From: Hydrolagus colliei
Lineage: Eukaryota
Assembly (NCBI GenBank): GCA_035084275.1
Contig: CM068751.1
Span: forward strand, 10,788,001-10,852,000
DNA: 64,000 bases
Direction of reading: 5' to 3'
This document shows positions 51,506-64,000 of this stretch, in pieces. Each line of letters opens with the position of its first letter. Positions within the stretch are counted from its first letter, which is position 1. The position numbers and the translations under genes are program-made. Below the pieces are notes generated by a model. It was given only the letters and a program-made list of their open reading frames with translations. It did not search any database and was not told where the DNA came from.

Positions 51506-52776
51506 GTAGATCAACCTTGCATTTGATATAGTGCCTTATCACGTCTTCAAGAGGTCACAAATCACTTCACAGCATACACTATAAGGTGAATTGACCATAT
51601 TTTGTGGGCTTCTGTTTAAAGTTGGAATGGATTGAGATGATGTACATACAAAGCGGTTATTTGAACTAGATCCTTTAAGAGGATACCTGTGCCCTCGATT
51701 TTTTTTTGAGGTTCTCAATTGTTAATTGGAAACAATGATTGCCCAGCACCTTGGGTTGTCCTCCTGATGTGAAAGGCGCTGTGCAAAGTAATGTTGTTGT
51801 TGTCAATCTCTGCAGCGACTCACTCGTACTCTTGCTGTTAGAGCCACACATACCTCTCGCTGGCCGCGGTATTATTGTCATTTTTTACCTGCTGATTGCG
51901 AATTGTGCGCGAAGAATGTCAGTCAATTCCACCTCCTCCCCCAGGGGCAGCAGTGTAGCAACGTGGCTTTATATGGATGTTCACGTTGATTATCTGTTAA
52001 GTGGAAGGTTATGCTACTCCCTTTGTAACCGGTCAATAACCAATAAATGGGCAATTTACGAGTTGAATGATTTCGGGTTGTCAGACCGCCAATTAACAGC
52101 TGATGTGCTTCACCAGAAATATATTCATTTTCACGATGAAACATAGCAATCACACTTAATAGAGAAATTGCAGGCTTTTTCAAAAAAAATACATCCACAT
52201 CGGTGGTATGTTGTGTCCCGAATGGTTTGTTTCGGCCGCAAAATATAGAGTCTGTACAGATATATGTATACGGTATACACTTTGAGATGTCTGGAAGAGA
52301 TAATAAGGTGCTATATCAAATGCAAGGATAATTATTATTATTATTGTGGTGTGATTCCACTGTGCTGTTTTGGCAAGAAAAGCATTTTTTTTCTCCTTGT
52401 AGCATTGGAGAACCCTCGCTATTTGTTAGTTGCAGACATTACTGGTTTTCATTTCACAGCGAAAGGGATACTTCTGAAACCATAAGCACATCGCCAGAAT
52501 GGAATTTTATATGAGGTTCTTTATTCATCATTAAGAGTGAATTGCATTGGATAGGTCACACAGATAGATATGGATTTTCGTATTACCTTTGAAAGATTGT
52601 GCTTTAGTCTGGCCACCTCTTCCATTACTAACTAGATTGTCAGGTTAAACTGGTTGGGAAACGCTACATGCATGCTTAAAGGGGGATTTAGATTTAAAAA
52701 AAACTTTTTGTAGCCACACTGCATTCTAAATAAATAGTGAATATATTTTTTTAAATCCCATTTACAATCACAGTTC

Positions 52777-52788
52777 TGTGTGTGTGAG

Positions 52789-52819
<31 letters not shown>

Positions 52820-52833
52820 ATGTTTGTGTGTGT
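52777..52833. repeat. (TG)n microsatellite, imperfect
   Basis: Seen directly. Confidence 0.9.
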
Positions 52834-53156
52834 ATTGGACATTTAAGCTGCAGCTATATGTTCCTGTCTCCGTTCTTACTGAAATGATTAAGAGGGTGTT
52901 AAACTACATGAAGGGAATAGACTGAGCTTATGGCAACAACAGATGTTGTTAATTCATTATCTCCGCACACCATGGCCACAAAAACTAGACATTCAACAGG
53001 GGCAATCACGTACCATCCACTGTCTCCTAACGCTCTTATTCTCTCGCCCCGCATTCCTGCCTCTTCCCATCATTGTTTATATTCACCCCACAAAATCTGT
53101 CTTCCACTCTTGGTCATCCTTCATTAGGTTTCCTTCACATCCTTTGGGAGGATCTG

Positions 53157-53672
53157 CTTGCATTTCATATCGTGCTATATCAGTAAAATGTCAAAATATC
53201 TCAAACAGTTTCACAGTTTGAGGTTTGTTTTTTCTCCCCTGGCTGGTGTGTGCACCGCGTATTTGTAGGCAAACAAGGCAGACAATTTACCAACAGCCTC
53301 ATCCCATGAAACAGACACATTTCATTCACATGGGGAAAGCGCGGGGTGGGGGGGAGTGAGACTGACTGGGAAGCTCTTCCAAAGAGTCGGCACAGGCACG
53401 ATGGATGGAATGGCCACCTCCTGTGCTGTAATATTCTATGATTCTATGAAACAGCCACATTTTTTTCAACTGAGGAATTGTTTGGCAGCAGGCGAGGGGG
53501 ACCTCCCTTCTCTTTTAAATTATGCTGTCAGATATTTAATGAACAGCTGACTGGACCTTAGTCGAACATCTCATTTGAAAGACAGCGAATCCCTGAGTAC
53601 AGTCCTGGATTGACAGCCAAGCCAACCAGCTCCAAGTCCCAATCGGGGCTTCATAATGACATCGGACTTCGG
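53157..53672 (-). mobile_element. Old DeuSINE relic interrupted by a CR1 tail
   Basis: Same motif order as the 12616 copy: tail, ggcagacaattt, gacctcccttctctt, catctcatttgaaagacagc, tccctgagtacag. Confidence 0.55.
53323..53445 (+). mobile_element. Short CR1-type 3'-end insertion with a 17-bp TSD
   Basis: ggcacaggcacgatggatggaatggccacctcctgtgctgtaatattctatgattct is a CR1/HER1-type tail. It is flanked by atgaaacagacacattt (53306-53322) and atgaaacagccacattt (53446-53462). Confidence 0.8.
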
Positions 53673-55170
53673 AGATCTGAATTAGTGATGTCTACAAACT
53701 AATATTTTTGTTACTATTTCGTTGGACTAGAAAATATATTTATTGAGTATAATTAAAGTTTTAAAGCACAGAAATTGCTTTCCCTCCCCTCTCCCCCCCA
53801 CATGGATTTTCTTTCCCCTTTCATTCATATCATAGTTTTCACTTCTGGTAAGGTTATCTTTTGAAGGACGACAATTTAAAATGTTTCTACTATTTTTTAA
53901 AGGTATCAATACGTTCCTTTAACACGGAGCTTCCACTGAGTATCAATGATTTGAATATCAAATGCAAATGCAATTTGTCAGCCAAATTCTTGTCATGTTA
54001 AAGTCATATATATGTGTGTTAAAAAAAACACATCTATTGCAGTGCACTGTTACTGAATACCAGATATTGTATTTAGAATAATCTGTTTTTATATCTGACA
54101 CTGAATATTATAGGCAACAGAGTTGGTTAAAGACTTGAACGTAAAGTAGCATTGCTGGGATCCAGTGCTTCTAAGAATGCGTATAACTAAAATAGCAGTT
54201 CTCTGCTCTGAATTGTGAAATGTAGCGTATATATGTTTTGTGACAGTTTAAGTCATAAATTCGCTGTGATATACCGAGATAATTGGGTGGTAGAAAGATG
54301 TACATAATCTCTACCCTTTACAGTCTTCGAAGGGCAAATCAAAATGGCTGGTTTAATGACGTGTCATGCTGAAACTCTTGGAAAATCGCTGTACAGTGTC
54401 AGCTAAGTGACAGTAATGAGGAACAGGTTACCAAAGGCCTCCCAGAAATGCTCACAAGATATTGTTTCACCGATATAACTTTGATTATACGACTCGTGTG
54501 AGTTTATCGCTAGTGAGGATTTTTTTTTTGCCAGCACTGCAATGTGAGCCGCGTAATACCATCTTCCACATGGGGAAAATTACAACTGTATCACAATTCA
54601 GCTCAGAGGACTTCCTAAGTATTGCTTGTGTCAACAAATAATCAAAATAACACTGACTACTGTACTACAAAATCAATCGGTTCTCTCAAACATGTCCCTC
54701 CCTCCCTCCCTCCCTTGCTCACTCATTTAGCTTTGTGCTTTGGCCTCATTTAGCTTTCACTCAAGTAACAGCAAAGGAACTCGACTTGCACTGAGCATGA
54801 ACAGATAGAGGATAAACATAAAGGCCTCACGCATTACAGAATTGCAATGAGCATTTGACAGTGAGCTTTCTACAGTGTCTAATTACATCTGGTCAAAAGG
54901 GCACATTTTATTAAGAACATAAGAAATTCTGGATGAAAAAGTCCCAAGCTCCATCTAGTTCACCTTCCTGACAGTTGCTTGCGCATTTTCTTTTTAAAAC
55001 ACACAATAATCCCACCCCACTTTCAAAGTCCGTCTCAAGATGAATCTCTTTGACTATGTCTGAGTTCATCTCTCTGTACCCCCCACCTTCTTCAGATCCC
55101 CCATTGATTTGTGTTAAAGCACTTTGAGACATAAAAGGCATGATATACATTGCTGATATTGACTCCTTGT

Positions 55171-55466
55171 GGAGTCTGTATCTCAGTGGTTAGAGCACTC
55201 GCCTTTCAAGCAAGAAACCTGGGTTCAATTCCGGGCTGGGTGAAACCTTGGGCAAGTTGGACATGCCTAATAATAATAATCTCCCCCCAAAAAAATCATA
55301 AATTGGTCATTTCCATCCACAACTGTTTGTGAGGACACTGCTGTGTGCAATTGGCTGCCATGTTTCGCCCACATATACACAGTCAATTCACTTTACAGTA
55401 TATTCTTTAAAATGTCGAGAAGATGTGAAATGCGCTGTATCAAATGCAAGGATTATTATTATTATT
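55171..55466 (+). mobile_element. tRNA-derived SINE, full length
   Basis: Head, body and tail match the family. Confidence 0.9.
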
Positions 55467-56621
55467 TCTTGTGTTCTTATTGTAAATGCACTCACAGTAA
55501 CTTGCTTTATAACCTATTTTGTGATATTTAAGGCCTTTCAGTCTTACATTTACATTTTAGCCTCAATACAATATTGTTGGGAGTTTTTGTAGTAAAGATT
55601 TAATTCTTCTTCATGTTAACCCGGGGCTGAATATTTCAGCAACTGAATATATAACAGTAAAATTGCTGATCCAGGAGTAAGATGTTTTTTTTACCTTGAA
55701 GGGTTCTGCTGCATGTCTATTGAACAACAGTGGAAATAATTATCAGCAATTTACGATTGCCTTGAGATCTCTAGCAGGTTTAGCATCTGAAGAAAATAAA
55801 ACGCAATGTTGCACATGTATTTTATTCTTCCACGACTTTGGGTATCTTTTCTTCCTGCTCGTGTACTTGGATGGTTAAAAAAAACCCTTCTCAGAAACAA
55901 GAGACTGAATTTTCTAGATTAAGGTAATAAATAGGCAATTCTCCAAACAATTAAGTAATTCTGATTAGCTATTTGCATACCGCTTCAGGCATTACTTCTT
56001 TTTTTATCTAAACTGCATCTATTCCATGTAATGGTAATTTCACTAATTGTCAGTAACTGAAGTTCCCACACCAAGGCCTATGTGTAATTACAATCCATCT
56101 CAAGATTTCATCTCTACCTTAACTATACCTTGTATCGAATACTTACGTAGGGGACCATTAACAACCTTATCGCAGAGTCGGTGAAAGTTCTTATTTAAGT
56201 GAACCAAGATACCACTTCTCATGAAGGTACAATGATGCCTTTCTACCCAATGTTAGTGGCTGTGTGTCATCACAATGATGGGTATGATGGATTGTTTGGT
56301 TTGTGTAATTACAGTTCACAATGGGAAGGAATTCAAGATTTATTTTGGTTGAGAATAGCAGATTTCTATTCCATGTGATGAGTTCAAGGCTGGCCATGGG
56401 ATGCATATGGTAAAGGTATTAGATAGAGCTTTATGTAACTGCAGATGTTCAGGGGAAAAAAAATAGTTTTTTCAGGAAATGCACAGGGACATTTTTGATT
56501 TTGTGAGGCTGTCTCATGATTTGCTTTGTAGAATTAGCTTTTTATTTTATTTGAATGCATCAATTGTTTTCCATTACTGTGACCTCCCATAAAGCATGCA
56601 AAAAGTTCCATAAATCAAATC

Positions 56622-56929
56622 TAATAATAATAATAATCCTTGCATTTGATATAACGCTTTTCACATCTTACCGACATCTCAAAGCGCTTCACGGAATATG
56701 CTGTAAAGTGAATTGACTGTATATTTGTGGGCGAAACGCAGCAGCCAATTGCGCACAGCAGTGTCCCCCAAACAGTCGTGGATTGAAATGACCAATTTTT
56801 ATTATTGTGGTTTTGTTTTTTTGGATGGAATATTGTTAGGCATGTGGAGTAAGGAAACTTGCCAAAAATTTCGCCCCGATCTGTCTGGATTCGTACACAG
56901 ATCTCACGCTTGTAAAGTGAGCGCTCTAC
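56622..56929 (-). mobile_element. tRNA-derived SINE, nearly full length
   Basis: Antisense of the family sequence; A box lost. Confidence 0.9.
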
Positions 56930-57626
56930 CTGTTGTATTTATCTAATCCTTGAAGTAAAAATATTTTTGTCCCTTGTGACTTCCCTTCCATGTGGAGCTC
57001 CCTACCACAATTGCAAATTAATTTAATAAATATGTATACTATATACATATTGCATAACACGTTGGGACCACTGCATCGTTTTTAACTTAGTGAACTTTGA
57101 TGATCAATTGGAAAAGATAATCTATAATCATATCCAGCATTATCTAAGCCATGTTTGGTCTGTTCCTTTATTGTTGCCAACAGAATAAATGTTCTATAAT
57201 TCAGTGCCACAAATCTCTTGGCATTGCATTATTTGATGCATTATTCCGAATTTAAAAAGTATAGATGAATGCTGTATTAGGTGCAGTCATTTCCATAGAG
57301 GGAGGAATTTCTTTGTTAAGCCCATCACAAGGCAAACCACCTTCACAAGTGTGTGGCAAGTCCCATTTGTGACTGAACAGTTTCAAAACTAACCAAGAAG
57401 CTTGAAGCTGAAGGGTACATTTAAAAAAATCTGCATATGAAACAGGAATGAAAAGTCATCATAGAAGGGAAGTCACAGCGGACAAAAATCTTTTTACTTC
57501 AAGGATTAGATAAATACAAAGGTAAATATTTTTACTTTTCAAAAATGAGTTACTTTTCTTACATTAGATATTTCTTTTTAAAAAAAAGTTTTCTCACGCA
57601 CTCCGACAATAACTTTGTTCATTACT

Positions 57627-58129
57627 AGATTTATGATATAATGTGAGGAAGTGTGAAGTTATTCACCTATTTAGTAAAAACAGAAAAGCAGATTGTTCTC
57701 TTGAAGGGGAGAGACTAGAACGTATTAGTATTTAGAGGGATTTGGGTGTCCTTGTACACCAATCACAAAAAGTTAGTATACAGGTACAACAAGCAACTAG
57801 GCAGGCTAATGGCATGTTGGCATTCATTACAAAAGTATTAGAATATAAGAGTAGGGAGGACTTGCTGCAACTTTATAGGGCCTTGGTGAGACCGCACGTA
57901 GAATATTGCATGCAGTTTTGGTCTCCTTATTTAAGAAAGGACATACTTGCCTTAGAGGGGGTGCAGCATAGATTGATAGATTTCTAATGGATAAAGGGAT
58001 TAAAGGATATGGGGATAAAACGGGCAGGTAGAGTTAGATTAGAAGATCAGCCATGATCTTATTGAATGGTAGGGCAGGCTCGAGGGTTTGAATGGCCTAC
58101 TCCTGCTCCTTCTTCTTATGTTCTTATGT
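57627..58129 (+). mobile_element. CR1 LINE 3' fragment with an internal deletion
   Basis: ORF at 57742 (QANGMLAFITKVLEYKSRE...LVRPHVEYCMQFWSPYLRKDILALEGVQ) and the same 3' UTR and TTCTTATG tail as the copy at 14791. Confidence 0.92.
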
Positions 58130-60679
58130 ATGCAAACAACAAGAGGATATGTTTTTCAAATGCTGTTCTGTCGATCTGTGTGCTAAAAAATATTTATTGT
58201 ATGCTATTCACTGATTTAGCCTATTGGGATGATCTGCTTGATCCATCCGATAGAGATGGGGTCACCTGCAATCACAGATAAACTGACTTCACAATCCCCA
58301 CAGAAAGGAAATTCAAAGTGATTTTGTAATGGTGGAGCAGAGCTGTTATACAAAATGGGGAGAGTTGCTCTGCCCAACGATATCCCATTTAATTGGATTG
58401 CCAGTTTGCAAAGCAATGATATCGTTGCCTTTACAGCTTACAAAGAGTCATCGACATTTGTTGATGGGCTTATGAAGTGATTGCAGCCTACGAAAGGAGA
58501 TGGTTGTGAAAAAGCCAGTAGCTGTCTAGCTCTCTGGCACTCAGGTGCTGTTGTGATGGTGTTGACCCTCAGCTTTCGCATGGCTTCCCCAAGAGAAGAT
58601 ACTGCGGAGAATTCACCAACAGGCAAATGTTATTCTCAGTACTGCCCCTGTGCTTTGGAACTCCATCCCACAATCCCTTCACCTTGCTCACCCCTTTGCC
58701 TCCTTCAAAACTGGTAGCAAGACCCCCCTCTTTGACCTTGCCTTCAGCCTCCATCCTACCTCTCTTTGCCCTCCTCCCTGCCCCCAACACCCCCAACAAC
58801 TCCACCCTCAACAGATGTAATTTTCTTGTTGTTGCTGTTGTACAGAGCAATCTTCTGTTAGGGTGGAGTTCTCCATGTCTAAGACCTTGACATCTTCTTG
58901 AAGCTCCTCACTATCCTCTCAATCTGGCATCTTAAAGGCTTTTGCTTTCTTATTCCAACGATGTCACTGTATGGCCAGTTAGCACATATGTTTTTATTCT
59001 CCCCCCTCTTCCCCTCTCCCCCCACCTCACTAGTTGTATGGAATACACCCAACACCAAGGAATAAATCTGATCCAAAATGAGGAACTTCATTCCGCACTA
59101 CTCAGACGTAAGAAAAAATAAGGTGTAACGTTGAACAGAATTTTTAGTCTCATTTTACCGCCATTAAGTGCAAGATATTTCATAGACTGGACGGAGCATG
59201 CGGCTTGGCAACAACATTTGCAGTGGCTGAAACACTTTCTTGAAACAGGAACAAAAAATTTAGTGGATTAACAGCATCTGCTCAGCTCCTGAAGTGCATT
59301 ACTGCACTAATGCAGTTTTCAAAAAAATATATAACACAGTTGAGCTTGGCGGGGAGTAATTTATTCCATTATCAGAATTTTTTTTGTTATGTTGATGGCA
59401 GGTGTCACGGCACACGTCAAACGATGTGAGTTGGATTTAAATCCTGTTGAGACGTTCTCCTGACGTATTTAAATGTAAATTGTATTCTATTGTTGTACTG
59501 TATGATTTGAACTGCTTCAGATGATTTGAGGGTTTAGTATACAGTATACTTTCTATACGTGTTATATATATCATAATACAGTAATAAAATAATCATTTGA
59601 TGTGGAGCCTAATTGTGACTATGAGATGTCTCAAAGCTCTTCACAGAATGTACTGCAAAATAATTTGACTGTGTAATTTGTGGGTGAAACGCAACAGCAT
59701 GGCAGTGTCCCACAAACAGTTGTGGATTGAGTGACCAAATTATTATCATTGAATTATCAGTCGTTGCTAAAGTGGAAGAGATCTTGCGCGGAAGTGAATC
59801 AAAAGAACAATGTGTTTTGTTTTCCAGATCACCAGAAGGCACATTTTTAAATTAAAAATTTGATTTCCTTTTTGACATTTTTTTTTTAATTGATTGCGAA
59901 AGTAAACTGCTGAGAGGAATTCCATTTCCCTCCTTTCGGTAACATTCCCCAGCCGGTTTCGGAAAGATAAGGTGTTGTAATATTTCCAGGCAGGCTCTCG
60001 TTTGGAGCTGGATGCCCCTGAAACATAATGGAGCTCACCTCACTGACAGCCCATGGGAGATCAGGAACTTTACGCGTTGGAACTGCAGGATAAATTTATT
60101 TCCAATAACTGTGCCACGCTGGTTTAAGAACAACCGACAGGCATTTACATTTGTAGACATGCCCTGTGACGGGCCGAGGTCGTGTTAATTTCTGGAACAG
60201 AGCACTAAGCGTTGAAAGGAACCCTCTACGGCAAATGGGAAGAGATTGTGAAAGGCATTCATGCCCTGGCTTATTTGTCAACTCAATCAATTTGTTATTG
60301 TTAATTTGTTAACCCCCTACAATTGTCAGAAAATCTCCCAAAGGCTGCCACATAATGGAGTAATTGCGGAATGAGAGTGGATGAGAGAGGGGGAGGGAAG
60401 TGACGGGGATTTCAAATGTATTCACCCAATAGCACTGGAAATTGATTCACACATTTCTTCTTGAAAGGAAATGTCTGTCTCGGAATCGGTGTTTTAGTTG
60501 GTGCTGTTCGCGCCTAGACGTGTGTTGGTAATGAAATGTTGATTGTAGTATTTTGAATGCTGCAGTGGGGTTTTGGAATGTGATTACAATATTTGGTTGG
60601 GCTCACCAAAAAAGAGCAAAGGCTTGCTTAACCTTTGCACCAGGCATTTCTGTTCACAAATGATGTTCCGTGACTTGGT

Positions 60680-61000
60680 TATAATAATCCTTGCATTTGA
60701 TATTGCGCTTTTCACATCTTATCGACATCTCAAAGCGCTTCACAGAATATACTGTAAAGTGAATTGACTGTAGATAAGTGGGCAAGACACGGTAGCCAAT
60801 TGTGCACAGCAGCGTCCCCACAAACAGTCGTAGATTGAAATGACCAATTTTGATTATTGTGGTTTTTTTTGGAGGGCTTATTATTAGGCGTGTGTGTGGA
60901 GTAAGGAAACTTGCCCAAGGTTTCGCCCTGACCTGCCTGGATTCGAACACAGGTCTCAAGCTTGAAAGGCGAGTGCTCTTGATCCCTGAGCTACAGGAGA
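60680..61000 (-). mobile_element. tRNA-derived SINE, full length
   Basis: Antisense of the family sequence. Confidence 0.92.
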
Positions 61001-61714
61001 ACTGGTTGTTCATCTCTTTTGTTTTCTCTTTTGTTGTTGATTGCTGTTTTCTCCTTCGTTAAATTTGTCCCAGACAAATTCATGTTTATAATCATGAGAG
61101 GTACGCACTTGTTTCCGAGTCACAAGATGATGGCATAGTCATGGTATTTGAACATTTAAATTAAAAAAAAGTCCAAAACATAAACCCAGTAATAATAATT
61201 TAATCAAGGTGAAATCCAGTTTTATCTTTCAGTAAGGGCTGAAATCAACAGGCTTATCCCAAGTTATGTGTGCGCAGTGCACCAATAGTGTATTATTCCA
61301 ACATTTCACCATTTTGGGTCATTCCACCATTGCGATATGGCCCTGATAATTCAATCACACGTTCATAGACAGCAATGTTTCACTCTGTGTGTGTATGTGG
61401 GAGAGAGAGACGGTGTACGTTTACATAGGTCTATTACAACTTGATCAATGATTTTCAGTGCTACATTGATCCATACTTAAACAGGCCTCATCGAGTGAAG
61501 CAAAGGAATCTTCTGATTTTTGGATTGCTTTAAAAATAAATATGCTTTTTAGGCGGGAATAGAGAATGAGAGGAAGCTCTCCTTTTTTTTCTGATCTAGA
61601 CAATAATGTGTAGGCTATCATTCTCATAGTGAAGCGTCAGCAAGCAATCTACCTCACTGACCAAATGACAAGTTATTTGGGAGGGAGAAATGATTGTGTA
61701 GTGCTGTCAAGTGT

Positions 61715-62043
61715 ATAATAATAATAATAATCCTTGCGTTTGATAAAGCGCCTTTTCACATTTTATCGATGTCTCAAAGCGCTTCACAGAATGTACTGTA
61801 AAGTGAATTGACTGTATATTTGCGGGCGAAACGCAGCAGCCAATTGCGCACAGCAGCGTCTCTACAAACAGTCGTGGATTGAAAATAACCCATTTTTTAT
61901 TATTGTTTTTTTCCCGACTGATTATTACTAAGCATGTGGAATAAGGAAACTTGCCCAAGGTTTCGCCCTGATTTGCCTGGATTCGAACGCAGGTGTCACT
62001 GCTTGTAAGGCGAGTGCTCTAACCACTGAGCTGCAGGAGCTCC
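61715..62043 (-). mobile_element. tRNA-derived SINE, full length
   Basis: Antisense copy ending in gctctaaccactgagctgcaggagctcc. Confidence 0.93.
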
Positions 62044-63662
62044 ACCCCAGCAGTTGTCTTCTCTCACTCCTCTCTCCCTGACCTTGCTGTGTGCTTTACT
62101 ATGGGCTTCAACTAACAATCTCTCTCTCTCCATTCACTTCTTTGAAAAGAGTTTCAATCCAAACTGAACTGAACTGTTTTCAATTAACATTGCCGAAACA
62201 AAAAAAACACTGTATTAATCATAGCGTTAGAACTGAGAGACTAAAACTTTTTTTGTTTGTTGGTGGGCGGTGGGTCCGCGGGAAGGGGGGAATTCAATTT
62301 CTTGCACTTTAAGTCATTGAGACTACAGTTCACTCAAAAATCATCGGAGGTGCTGAAATGTCCGGGCGCTCATACAAAATGTACCCTTATTGGAAACCTC
62401 TCCCTCCCTTTGTGTATCCACCAGAATTGTCTTCCAAATGAGATGCGCTCAGCAATGCCCACACGATGGACTTAATTCTGATCATTAACAACGAGAGAAC
62501 TATAGGAGGCAGTCAAGCCTGGAGAAGGTCTCCTCTTATTCCTTTAGGAAGCTGCCTCACACGTAGAGAGAGGGAGATGGCATCTGATCATACCAGGCAA
62601 AGTAAATCGTGTGCTGGCCCCCAAGTCACAACGACGTTTCTTAATTAATTTGCGGGCGGGATTTAAAGATTTCCACGCACGCAAAACAATACACTGCTGG
62701 CATCTGGTGAGGCTCGAACTGTCACAGAATCAAACAAATACTTTCCATTAGGAATTGGCTGCAAATGAAAGCGCTTCGAGCAAGCACCTTGCAGGACATT
62801 TACGTGAACAGAATGCTTAGTGGAGACGGGGTAATTCATCATAGTCTGGTTGCTAAGGCAACTTGAGTTTGGGGAGAACATGTGATGCTCGGCAGTTACT
62901 GTTGACGGGATCTAACTGATATCTCCTCAGCAAAGGGCCAGTGTTTTGCTACTGAACGAGTGTGTGTTGATGTCTGCTGAAAGGCACAATGGAGTGCCTC
63001 TGGAGTCGTGAAAGCGTCTCTCACTGAATGACGCTTGTTTTCACTCACTCACTCGGCAAAGGAAGGAAAGCCCCTAATTTTCCACATAAATGCATGTTTG
63101 TAATTTACCCATTTATGAGTTGCGAGTTCCTGTGTTTTACTGGAGAAGAATACAAATGACGCCAATAATAAGCCAATGCTGTGTTCAAGTGAGAGAAGTT
63201 TTATTTTTAAAATGGACTGCGCGTTAATTATTTAATTGCGAAAATAATTGTAGGGATGTCTTGGATAAAGCAAATATAAAAACAGTCCCAATTAAATATC
63301 TTTCCGATCCACCGTATTTCAGTCCCTTTTTCTTTCCTTCTTCTTTATGCTTCATTTACACCGTTACGCAACTGAAATGGCAAACACACAGCGAGTTGAT
63401 TTGACATCCCTCTCCTTCCCGCCCTCTGAGGAATTGCTTCACCTTTGATCTCCACTATATACTGATTGCTTGCCTGTAATTAAGAGATGACCATAGATTA
63501 GTGGTAGCAATGTGATCAGTGGCCCAGTTGTGTTGCATCGCAAATCTCTTGACCCTATGGTATGTGAACTTCAAAATTCTTAACAATATTAGGCTTGAAA
63601 ATCATTGCCTTAAGTGAGGAGTTTGGAATACACCAATAATAATAATAATACTTGCAAAAAGT

Positions 63663-63989
63663 GGAGCTCCTGTCGCTCAGTGGTTGGAGCACTCGCCTTA
63701 CAAGCATGAGACCTGTGTTCGAATCCAGGCAGGTCAGGGCGAAACCTTGGGCAAGTTTCCGTACTCCACACACCTAATAATAATCCGTCCAAAAAAAAAC
63801 ATAATAATAAAATTGGTCATTTCGATCCACGACTGTTTGTGGGACGTTGCTGTGCGCAATTGGCTACCGCGTTTCGCCCACAAATGTACAGTCAATTCAC
63901 TTTACAGTATATTCTGTGAAGCGCTTTGAGATGTCGATAAGATGTAAAAAGCCCTCTATCAAATGCAAGGATTCTTCTTATTATTATTT
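63663..63989 (+). mobile_element. tRNA-derived SINE, full length
   Basis: ggagctcctgtcgctcagtggttggagc...gttcgaatcc, then body and tail. Confidence 0.93.
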
Positions 63990-64000
63990 GATATAGCGCC

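Larger units (their letters stand above)
26368..64000 (+). other. NLGN1: Large intron (>37 kb) that continues past the window
   Basis: GTAAGA donor at 26368. I did not find the expected next exon (FLSTGDQAAKGNYGLLD...) by eye. Confidence 0.75.

Noticed and set aside
1-64000. CRISPR array, prokaryotic operon or phage-type system
   Set aside because: The repeats are dispersed SINEs rather than regularly spaced repeat-spacer units. Coding density is under 1% and the exon structure is spliceosomal.

Overview
This is eukaryotic, vertebrate DNA, AT-rich and repeat-dense; it is not prokaryotic. The window looks like the interior of a very large neuroligin gene on the + strand, most likely NLGN1. 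Only two coding exons are visible. One is the 60-nt splice-site-A (A2) cassette exon at 24949-25008 (GPLTKKQTDDLGDNDGAEDE). The other is a 150-nt esterase-fold exon at 26218-26367 ([22 protein letters not shown]...NYRLGVLG). Neither appears in the ORF track. The rest is intron. It carries about 40 copies or fragments of one tRNA-headed SINE family in two subfamilies, CR1 and L2 LINE fragments, and older DeuSINE-, LF-SINE- and LmeSINE-like relics. It also carries two hAT-type non-autonomous elements with 8-bp target-site duplications (TSDs), several Tigger/pogo-like MITEs, and a Penelope-like 54-bp hairpin. The repeat content suggests a cartilaginous fish, probably a chimaera (inference). I see no CRISPR, rRNA, true tRNA or operon-like system, and no clear novel multi-gene system. 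The best leads are the regulatory context of the A2 exon, dsRNA-forming inverted repeats, and the nested or modular transposons. Repeat family names and protein comparisons come from recalled sequences and were not database-verified. Repeat boundaries without a TSD are approximate.
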